A stretch of DNA of 33,481 bases from an uncultured Prevotellaceae bacterium. GTDB lineage: Bacteria > Bacteroidota > Bacteroidia > Bacteroidales > Bacteroidaceae. The notes beneath the pieces were generated by a model that had not been told where the DNA came from, searched no databases, and saw only the letters and a program-made list of their open reading frames with translations. Of the stretch, positions 15,908-23,343 are shown piece after piece (position 1 is the first letter of the stretch; each line of letters starts with the position of its first letter). Where the stretch lies: the NCBI GenBank assembly GCA_945787235.1, contig CALZGT010000001.1, positions 1 through 33,481 on the forward strand, in the 5' to 3' direction. Both the position numbers and the translations under genes were made by a program.

Positions 15908-18889
15908 TTAATGGATTTCGAATCTCTTTATGTATTCACGAGCCTTTGCCTCGTCAGCCCAGGTGCTGTCATGACGGCCGCCTTCCAGTTTTACATGGTT
16001 CAGCGTGTGGGGAATCTGGTGGATTACGGTGAATGAAGATGCCGTAATCTTGATGCCGTTCATGGAGTTCTGTCCCGTGGGGTTCTTGCTCACTACCATG
16101 TCACGTGCCAGCACGTTGTAGCGACCTTCGATGTCCTGCCATTCTCCGTCGTTGACATCCTTGACAGAGAGCGTGCCGTTCTGACGCTTCACGTTGAGCT
16201 TCACGAAGAGGCCCTTCTTGTTGTCGTAGCTTGAACTTACATAGTCAGTAGCATCGAAGTTGCTCTTATCGACAAATACACTGTTGTCGGCAAAGTGGTA
16301 GCGCACGAAGTTGGTCAGATAGGTAATCTGGGCCTGCAGCTTGAGGCTGTCAGCCGTGGTCAGCGCAGGGTTGCCCTCCTCGTCCAGACAACTGTTGTAG
16401 TAGTCCGTGATGCTCTCCCAGGTGGGAAGTCCCTGGGCTACAGCCTCGTCCATGGCCTCATTGGTAGGAACGAAGAGCGTGTAGTGGTAGTTGTTGTAGA
16501 ACTGCACGTTGTAGTCCACGGCATCACCATTGTTCACAAAGAGCATGTACTTCTTCATTTCTGCCTTCTGCTCATTGGTGGTCAGGTTCTTGGTGTCAAC
16601 CAAACCGCAGGACTTGATGATGTTCTCGTCGGGCGTACAGCAGTACTCATAGAACTTGGTATAATAGGGGCTGTCATACTGTCCTCCGTGGGTCAGGTTG
16701 TTATAGACACTCTTGGAAGCGGGGACGATGGGGCTGTCGAGGATGTAGGTAGTACCGTTGTTCATCATGTTTTCGTCTGTGACATTGTTGCACTGGATAC
16801 CTTTGATGTCAGCATATACATTCTTGTTGTCGGGAGAAATCTCACCCACGATACCGGCATCCTCGTTCTCGAGCTGGAATCCACCCTGTACCTTTACCAC
16901 CTTACCATTTTCGCGCGTAACTTTAATAGGTGAATAGTTCTTGGCGATGTAGTACTCGTCCACGTCGCTGTCAATCTCATCCATGCCATCCAGTACGATG
17001 GTGTGGCTCTCCAGAATATCCTTCAGACGGTTCGTAACCTCATCGTTTGAAATGGACTCCAGACCGTAGCTCTTTCCGATGGTACCCGTGGAGGCGTTGT
17101 ATTCATACTTGTCCACCTTGATGGGGAAAGAACCGTTCTTGTAGGAGAGGCTCAACACGCGGGGCTTCTTACTGGTGAAGCTGACGGGGTCATAGTAGTA
17201 AGCCATACCCTTGTCGCTCGGAATCAGGAAGACGAAGCGGCTCTGCATGGCCTTGAGGTAAGCATAATAGTTGAGCTTCATGTAGTCGGTGGCAGAAGTA
17301 GATCCATTATATACGGCCCAGCGCATTACCAGGTTGGTACCGCTGATGTAGGCGGGAGCCGCTACTGAGGTGTAGTCGGCAGGACCATATACCTTGTCAG
17401 TGACGTAGATGACACCGTTGTTGGCCAGCATGGAACGGGTGATGTGCTCCTGGTCGTCAGCATAGAAAATCTGCTCCTGGGCATCGTCTCTCAGCGTGGT
17501 CATCTTGCTGGGAACAGAACCCTTGAAACTGGGGAACATGATGATGTTGAGCAAAGAACGCAGTGTACTCAGGGGAATCTGGTCAATCTGCTTGAAGAGT
17601 TCCTCCTGGGTGGTCGGAGCTACGTAGGGAATCTCGTCGGGAGTGCCCTCCTTCAGGTAGTATGTACGGATGAGCTGCCATCCACCGCCACCTTCCGAGA
17701 AGTACTTCCACATGGTCTCGTCATCGGGAACATACATGGCTGCCATGTCGTATTCTGCGCTGCGGTCCTCGTTGTAGAAGGCGTTCCATCCCGGGTCGAA
17801 CTTCAGCGTGACATCGGTAGATTGAGCGTCGCGGAAGGTTTCTCCGAAGGGATCCCTGTTCAGAGAACCATGTCCCCAGCTTAGGTCGCTGAAGTAACGC
17901 TTGGTGAAGATAGAGTCTTTCCACTCGATGCCGCGTGAAGCCATGATATCGGTGTAGGCACGGGTCACGGTACGGTTGTAGAAAGGTACTGACCAGCGGT
18001 CGAGCATGTGGCTGAAGATGTTTGTCTGTCCATTGGTGCGGAGCAATTCAGCCATGTTGGGGAGGGGCGTGATGACCTTGGAAGTCTTGTTGACGTAACC
18101 ATTCTCGCAGACACCATCCTTCTCCTGCAGGAGAGCATCATATATGTGAACGTCCTCCGTGTTACGCTCCTCGTTCATGAAAGTAGCGAAATCCTCATCT
18201 GTAATCTGGTTCTTCTTCATGTGCTCGTTGGTAAAATGCACCATCATGCTGGCTGAAGAGTCGTTGACCAGATAGAGACCGTTACCTCCGTTCTCGGTAC
18301 GGAAGCGCCACCAGTAGTCTTTTTCCTCGTTGCCGACGTTGTAGTTGGTGGGCAGGGAGTTGCCATCCAGGTAGGTGATGGAGTCGGTGGTCTCCACGTC
18401 GGTGTAGCGTCGCATGAACTCGCCGCGTGTCATCGAACCATTCTCCATGTTGCTGGCCAAGTTCTCCATGACGATGGCGTTGTTCAGCATACTGGTGTGT
18501 ATCAACAGTTTCTTCTGTGATACGGAGAGGTTCTCGTAACTTGTGGCGGTGTGCCAGGGGTCACTCTCGGGGAGTGTGGCATTCTTCTTGAAGAACGCTT
18601 CCCAAGCCTCGTCGTCAGCTACAAACACGGTCTTTGAACCTGTGCGGGAAAGCACCTCGGTAAGAGGTCGTGCGTTGGCTGGATTCACGTCTTTGTCGCC
18701 CAGGAGGCGGATGTAGTACTTGTAGTTACCCTTGGACTCCAGGCTCTCGTAGATGCTGGAATTCAGGAAACCAGGCTTTTCATCGTCCAGTCTGTACTCA
18801 TCCTTGCATGAAGACGTGATGCCGTACGCAGCAAGCAAGACCAGCATCCAGGATGCTGACTTACCCATTTTGCTTAAACGGTTTCTCAT
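15908..18889 (-). CDS. Large surface lipoprotein with at least three FAS1 (fasciclin) domains (993 aa)
   Basis: Lipobox AAYGITSSC followed by KDEYRLDDE. FAS1-like motifs KTVFVADDEAWEAF, MYVPDDETMWKYF with NGVIYVTDKVYGP, and TLFVPTNEAMDEAV with FTVIHQIPHTL. It is the first gene of the SusC/D block. Confidence 0.75.
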   Translation of the reverse strand: MRNRLSKMGKSASWMLVLLAAYGITSSCKDEYRLDDEKPGFLNSSIYESLESKGNYKYYIRLLGDKDVNPANARPLTEVLSRTGSKTVFVADDEAWEAFFKKNATLPESDPWHTATSYENLSVSQKKLLIHTSMLNNAIVMENLASNMENGSMTRGEFMRRYTDVETTDSITYLDGNSLPTNYNVGNEEKDYWWRFRTENGGNGLYLVNDSSASMMVHFTNEHMKKNQITDEDFATFMNEERNTEDVHIYDALLQEKDGVCENGYVNKTSKVITPLPNMAELLRTNGQTNIFSHMLDRWSVPFYNRTVTRAYTDIMASRGIEWKDSIFTKRYFSDLSWGHGSLNRDPFGETFRDAQSTDVTLKFDPGWNAFYNEDRSAEYDMAAMYVPDDETMWKYFSEGGGGWQLIRTYYLKEGTPDEIPYVAPTTQEELFKQIDQIPLSTLRSLLNIIMFPSFKGSVPSKMTTLRDDAQEQIFYADDQEHITRSMLANNGVIYVTDKVYGPADYTSVAAPAYISGTNLVMRWAVYNGSTSATDYMKLNYYAYLKAMQSRFVFLIPSDKGMAYYYDPVSFTSKKPRVLSLSYKNGSFPIKVDKYEYNASTGTIGKSYGLESISNDEVTNRLKDILESHTIVLDGMDEIDSDVDEYYIAKNYSPIKVTRENGKVVKVQGGFQLENEDAGIVGEISPDNKNVYADIKGIQCNNVTDENMMNNGTTYILDSPIVPASKSVYNNLTHGGQYDSPYYTKFYEYCCTPDENIIKSCGLVDTKNLTTNEQKAEMKKYMLFVNNGDAVDYNVQFYNNYHYTLFVPTNEAMDEAVAQGLPTWESITDYYNSCLDEEGNPALTTADSLKLQAQITYLTNFVRYHFADNSVFVDKSNFDATDYVSSSYDNKKGLFVKLNVKRQNGTLSVKDVNDGEWQDIEGRYNVLARDMVVSKNPTGQNSMNGIKITASSFTVIHQIPHTLNHVKLEGGRHDSTWADEAKAREYIKRFEIH

Positions 18890-19010
18890 ACAATTTGAAT
18901 TAGGTTGTTTATTATTTGGTTAATTGTTTTTCGGTATCATTGCATAGTCTCTTTGCCGGCAGGGCGCAGTTCACCCTTTTGCTGTTTGCATACGTTCGTG
19001 ATATTAAGGG

Positions 19011-19018
19011 CAAATTTA
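19011..19018 (-). promoter_or_regulatory. Candidate Bacteroidetes -7 promoter box (TAnnTTTG) for the FAS1/SusC/SusD operon
   Basis: The minus strand reads TAAATTTG. A TTTG (plus-strand caaa at 19041-19044) lies about 22 nt upstream as a possible -33 element. This implies a 5' leader of roughly 120 nt before the ATG at 18889. Based on a motif match only. Confidence 0.4.
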
Positions 19019-19149
19019 GAAAAAAATATCAATACCATCACAAATAACATATAAAAATCCATAAAAAATGCGCAAAAAGTACAAAAAAGCTGCCTGGCGA
19101 TTCCAAATAAGGCATTGAACCCCCAATTATTGTTACTTTTTTAACGCAA

Positions 19150-19198
19150 GAACCGGTCGCAGGCTGTGGTGTGTTTCACCATGCTCTGCGACCGGTTC
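19150..19198 (-). terminator. 13-bp-stem hairpin downstream of the T9SS glycoside hydrolase gene; candidate intrinsic terminator
   Basis: gaaccggtcgcag (19150-19162) is the exact reverse complement of ctgcgaccggttc (19186-19198), with a 23-nt loop. It sits 41 nt after the stop at 19239. There is no clear U-tract. Confidence 0.5.
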
Positions 19199-19238
19199 CA
19201 GTCGTATTGTTCTTCCTTGTAGCTTGCCCAGTGTGGAG

Positions 19239-22106
19239 TTATCTTATGATGACCTTGGTACTCCGATGACCGTTGGTTACCACGTAGATGCCAGGTGCCA
19301 AGGGCTGCCCGATTGCCACCTTCTGTCCTGCTGCATTGAAGGCCTCCACCCCTTCTGCATCACAGGTGATGCGTCCTCCAGCCGTGCTGACGCAGAATTC
19401 ATTTGTTTTCTGCAGTTCGATATCCCTGATGGCCGTGACGAGGGGAGGGTCACTCGTTGAACCATTGGGGTCATTGCTGATGATGAGGTAGCCGACCACA
19501 TCCCCTGTCTCGCTGTTGTTTTTGTCCGTGACGGTGGTGGTAGCATCCATCTGTCGCTTGATGTTGCGTGACTTGATGAAGCCCTCCTCCGTCTTGTCCG
19601 TGCTGGTCGCATTGCCCATGCGGAAGACGCTGGTGGCGGGGTAGTTGTGCGTCTGCGGAGCCGCGATGATATAGGGATTGTCCAGGGCTATCTCCTCGTT
19701 TGCCGTGTTCAGGAAACGTACTTTCTTGTTGGTCGTACCATATACGGGTGTCTCAGGGTCACTGCCTACCGTGAGCAGTTTGCCCCCTCCCAGGGAAACC
19801 TGTCCGGGAGTGCATGCTACGTAGTTGACCGTTTGCGTGCTGAAGGCACCGGTTGTCCCTTCCTGACGCATCAGCTTGATACTGAAACCCTCGTGGGTCA
19901 CGTTCCATACCTTGACTACTACGGGAGGCAGCGTCGTGGAACTGCTCGTCTGCTGGGCTACAACAATGGGAGTCACGCCCACTGGGTAAGGTTCCGGGAA
20001 GGTTACCTTCACTTCGTCCCCCTTGACACGTCCTGCCGTAGCGGTGATGAGCATCATGTCACTGGGCAGGTGTATTACGGTGTCGGAAGGAAGTACTAAG
20101 TAGTCCACGTTTTCAGACTTGTTGAAATCCACGGGAGTGGTCAGTTTCCAAGGGTTGAAACGGAACTTGAAACTGCTCTTGCCCGTCGTGACCAGTTGGC
20201 TGGAAATGCCGTTGGCAGCGTTGTTGTTGGAAATCATGCCCGTGAAGACGTACGGAGCCTTGTCATACTCCTCAATGTCCGTCTGTACCGTTTCCGTGTC
20301 TCCAATCTGGAGTTGGCCATATTGTACCAGTCCCACGCTGCGAGCTGCGGACAAAGTGAACGTTGTCGTCTCGTCCGTGGTGTGTGTGGTACCGTCATAT
20401 TCGTAGTTCTTGACACGCAGCTCATACATCGCAGGCGCATAGTCAGCCACATCGAGCGTGTAGGTCATCTCCTCCTTCTCTGACAAGGGGATGGTGTCCA
20501 GTGCTACCCATTTGGTACCCTCCTTCTGTTCGATGACGGCGTAATCCGTCATGTCCGAGTTGGGATTCGTCCATTTGAGCTCCACCGTCTGGGTGCGCTT
20601 GTTGAGCGTAGCTTCCAGGGAATGAGGCGCATGGTGCTTCCAGGGCATGAAATAGTTGATGCTCCCCTTGTCGCTGTCGTAGGCCAGGTCACTCTCATAG
20701 GCTCCCCATATCTTTCCACCGGCCGTAATCTGTCCGTTGGTGAAGATTTCCCGTCGGCCTTCCACGGCGTTATATACTGCCAGTCGTTCCAGCCACTTGG
20801 TGTTCTCCGGTTTATCTGCACGCCGAAGTACGTCGCGCAGCCATTCTCCGTTCTTGGCGTTGTCATTGCCCGTACCCCAGGTGTACCATCCTGCATCCGT
20901 GCTGAAACCGCTCTCGCCCGACCAGTTGGCACCGTTGTTCCATTCCGTGACCCATACAGGCAATCCCGTGGCATTATAGAGACTCCAGAGACGGTCGATG
21001 CATCCTTGCGGTGACTGTCCTCCAATGTAATAGTGCGTAGCCACAAAGTCGATACGGATGTTGTTCTCACGGCAGTAATCGACATATTCCTTTACCCATC
21101 CTGTGTTAGGATTACAGCAGGCAAAGGTACCAACGCGCTTACCACTGTACAGAAATTCCTTGGCATGGTCTGCCAGGGTCGATGCTGCATGCTTTTCGCG
21201 CGGGTTGTCTGGAATCTTTGTTACGTAGGTATAGACCTCTCCTGCACCGCTGGTGTTGTCAGGCTCGTTCTGTCCCAGTACGTGGGTACATGTCTCGTCG
21301 CCTGCATTGATGTTGTCCCATGACTCCCATGCACCCTTCCAACCTTGTCCGTTACTTTCGCCGGCTTCATGGTGGCGCTGAGGAACGTATTCGTGGTTGG
21401 TACGCTGGGTGCGTCCGGCCCCCCAGTCGTAGTACCAGGTAGCCTTGCAGGTATTCATCATGTTCTCGTCACGTGCGTCCGAGCATCCTTTCTTGGTAGG
21501 CCAGTTCCACTTGAAGACACGCAGCATGGTGGTACGTCCAGCCTGCTCCTTGCGCAGGTCTATCTCTATGTCCTCCCTGTCTGCGATGTAACAGTGGCTG
21601 TAGCCGGTTCCATCGGCGTGGTTGGCCAGCGTGGCCATGTAGCCGCGTTTCAGCCGGATGCTCTGGATGCTGTTGTTCCAAGTGCCGGACAATACCTGCC
21701 TTCCGCCGGGCGAGAAGGTGCGCGACTCGCCTCCGAATCCCTTCTCCGTATAAACCGTCAGAGCCGCAAAGGTACGCCCGTGAGGCAGTACGATGGAGCC
21801 GTGTCCGTAGATGGCCACACGGCAGTTCTCGTTGTGCTTTGCCGCTTCGCCGTGGATGGTTATCCGGGAAAGGTACTTGTCAATGACCGTGGTAGGATTG
21901 GCATTGGCAAAGATGACTGCCGCATTCTCGTTGGCAATGTCGATGCTGCCCGTCAGGGCTTCTTCCTTGTCGGTGATGACGAGGTCAACGGGCGTGATGA
22001 GACTCCGTTCTTCGCTCACCTTTGTCACCCTCTCTTCCTCGTTCCTTCCCCATGCCGTGGCACTGAGTGCCAGCAGCATGGCTGTGGTCAAGACTATCTT
22101 TCTCAT
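19239..22106 (-). CDS. Secreted multi-domain glycoside hydrolase: clan GH-A (beta/alpha)8 Glyco_hydro_cc-like catalytic domain, beta-sandwich/lectin-like modules and a T9SS C-terminal domain (955 aa)
   Basis: Signal peptide MRKIVLTTAMLLALSATAWG. Catalytic-core pattern WYYDWG, EYVPQ, VLGQNEPD (acid/base NEP), FVATHYY and LPVWVTEWN (nucleophile TE), as in PF11790-type enzymes. The C-terminus has type-A T9SS character. Confidence 0.75.
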   Translation of the reverse strand: MRKIVLTTAMLLALSATAWGRNEEERVTKVSEERSLITPVDLVITDKEEALTGSIDIANENAAVIFANANPTTVIDKYLSRITIHGEAAKHNENCRVAIYGHGSIVLPHGRTFAALTVYTEKGFGGESRTFSPGGRQVLSGTWNNSIQSIRLKRGYMATLANHADGTGYSHCYIADREDIEIDLRKEQAGRTTMLRVFKWNWPTKKGCSDARDENMMNTCKATWYYDWGAGRTQRTNHEYVPQRHHEAGESNGQGWKGAWESWDNINAGDETCTHVLGQNEPDNTSGAGEVYTYVTKIPDNPREKHAASTLADHAKEFLYSGKRVGTFACCNPNTGWVKEYVDYCRENNIRIDFVATHYYIGGQSPQGCIDRLWSLYNATGLPVWVTEWNNGANWSGESGFSTDAGWYTWGTGNDNAKNGEWLRDVLRRADKPENTKWLERLAVYNAVEGRREIFTNGQITAGGKIWGAYESDLAYDSDKGSINYFMPWKHHAPHSLEATLNKRTQTVELKWTNPNSDMTDYAVIEQKEGTKWVALDTIPLSEKEEMTYTLDVADYAPAMYELRVKNYEYDGTTHTTDETTTFTLSAARSVGLVQYGQLQIGDTETVQTDIEEYDKAPYVFTGMISNNNAANGISSQLVTTGKSSFKFRFNPWKLTTPVDFNKSENVDYLVLPSDTVIHLPSDMMLITATAGRVKGDEVKVTFPEPYPVGVTPIVVAQQTSSSTTLPPVVVKVWNVTHEGFSIKLMRQEGTTGAFSTQTVNYVACTPGQVSLGGGKLLTVGSDPETPVYGTTNKKVRFLNTANEEIALDNPYIIAAPQTHNYPATSVFRMGNATSTDKTEEGFIKSRNIKRQMDATTTVTDKNNSETGDVVGYLIISNDPNGSTSDPPLVTAIRDIELQKTNEFCVSTAGGRITCDAEGVEAFNAAGQKVAIGQPLAPGIYVVTNGHRSTKVIIR
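19242..19470 (-). other. T9SS (Por) C-terminal sorting domain of the glycoside hydrolase
   Basis: The last ~75 aa read ...IRDIELQKTNEFCVSTAGGRITCDAEGVEAFNAAGQKVAIGQPLAPGIYVVTNGHRSTKVIIR. The G-x-Y-hydrophobic motif and basic/hydrophobic terminal strand are typical of type-A CTDs. Confidence 0.7.
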
Positions 22107-22109
22107 GGC

Positions 22110-23267
22110 TTATTTCTTGTAAAATTCCTGCAGGCGCTTCTGCTGTGCCTGGTAATTCTTGAGGCTGGCTTCTGCTGCCAGGGTAGCCTTGATTTCCTCT
22201 ATCATGGCCTTTCTGTTCTGCAACTGGTAGAGCGTGAGGGTGGGCACAGCCCGCTTCTGCAGGTGCTCTATCTCCAGGCTCAGTTCACTCCATGCCTTCA
22301 GCAGAGCCTCCTCCTCAGCCGTGATGGCGATGACCGTACCATGTCGGGGCGTAAATACCCCCGAGGTCTTGGTGTCCTGTACACGCTTGAAAGTCAACAG
22401 GTCAGCACTCTTGCAGAACTGGTAGTGCCCAGCCATGTAGCAGTCGTACATCAGGCACCAGCTGCCATCGTGCAGGCGGAACACACCGGCTCCCTCTACG
22501 GCATCATTTGTATCCTGGCAGAACCCATCCTGGAGCTTCCACTCCTTATAGTTGTGCAAGTCCTTGGCGATAAACTGCTTGATACCCTTCTGGCGACCGT
22601 TCTCCGTCTTGAAGAAGATGTGGTAGTCCCCGTTATCATCCTTTACGATGTCCGTATCAATGGCAGCGTCACCCGTGTCAAAGAGTACCTTGGGTTCACC
22701 CTCGAAGTCACTGAAGTCACTGTTGGCATAGCAGTAATACACCTTGTCGTAGGGGATGCTGCCATCGTTGGTCAACAGGCTGAAATACACCATGTACTTG
22801 CCCACACTGGCATCATAGATGGTCTGTGGAGCCCATACGCGTGTCACGTTGGCAAAATGCGTACCCTTGTATTTTTCGGGGAAATGGATGGTGTGATGTT
22901 CCCAGTTGATGAGGTTCTTCGAACGCAGGAGTACCATGCCGCGGTTGCTGGCCCATCCCTGGCTGCTGGCCATGTCGGTCACCACCTGGTAGAAATACCC
23001 ATCCTCTCCGCGCAGGATATGCGGGTCACGTACGGCCTTCTTCAGCGCGATGCTGTCACTGGCCACCACGGGATTTCCGTTATTGAGCGGATTCCATGTC
23101 CATCCGTCCTCACTCAGGGCATAGCGTATCTGTTCCTCCTGAGGAGCGTTGCCCGTGAAGTAGGTAAAAAGGTACGATGTGTACTTGCCGCCTTTGGCCT
23201 GCATGCTTGTGGTAGCCGCCATTCCCATGAGCAGGATGGCCGCCATTTTCTTGATGTTGTGATTCAT
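22110..23267 (-). CDS. GH43-like five-bladed beta-propeller glycoside hydrolase with a C-terminal helical tail (385 aa from the revised start)
   Basis: Start revised to MNHNIKKMAAILLMGMAATTSMQA (cat at 23265-23267). This gives a signal peptide and removes the overlap with the upstream helicase gene. GH43-type triad context: VRDPHILRG (base Asp), AAIDTDIVKD (Asp), AVEGAGVFRL (acid Glu). The stop is only 3 nt before the next ATG. Confidence 0.75.
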   Translation of the reverse strand: MNHNIKKMAAILLMGMAATTSMQAKGGKYTSYLFTYFTGNAPQEEQIRYALSEDGWTWNPLNNGNPVVASDSIALKKAVRDPHILRGEDGYFYQVVTDMASSQGWASNRGMVLLRSKNLINWEHHTIHFPEKYKGTHFANVTRVWAPQTIYDASVGKYMVYFSLLTNDGSIPYDKVYYCYANSDFSDFEGEPKVLFDTGDAAIDTDIVKDDNGDYHIFFKTENGRQKGIKQFIAKDLHNYKEWKLQDGFCQDTNDAVEGAGVFRLHDGSWCLMYDCYMAGHYQFCKSADLLTFKRVQDTKTSGVFTPRHGTVIAITAEEEALLKAWSELSLEIEHLQKRAVPTLTLYQLQNRKAMIEEIKATLAAEASLKNYQAQQKRLQEFYKK

Positions 23268-23308
23268 AAGTCTGATATAGTTAGTTTTTTGATTTTCATC
23301 ATTCGTTG

Positions 23309-23316
23309 CAAAGGTA
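23309..23316 (-). promoter_or_regulatory. Candidate Bacteroidetes -7 promoter box (TAnnTTTG) for the GH43/GH-A gene pair
   Basis: The minus strand reads TACCTTTG, about 42 nt upstream of the ATG at 23267, in the 76-bp spacer after the helicase stop. Based on a motif match only. Confidence 0.45.
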
Positions 23317-23343
23317 GGAAAAAGATTAGAAATAACCAAGAAA

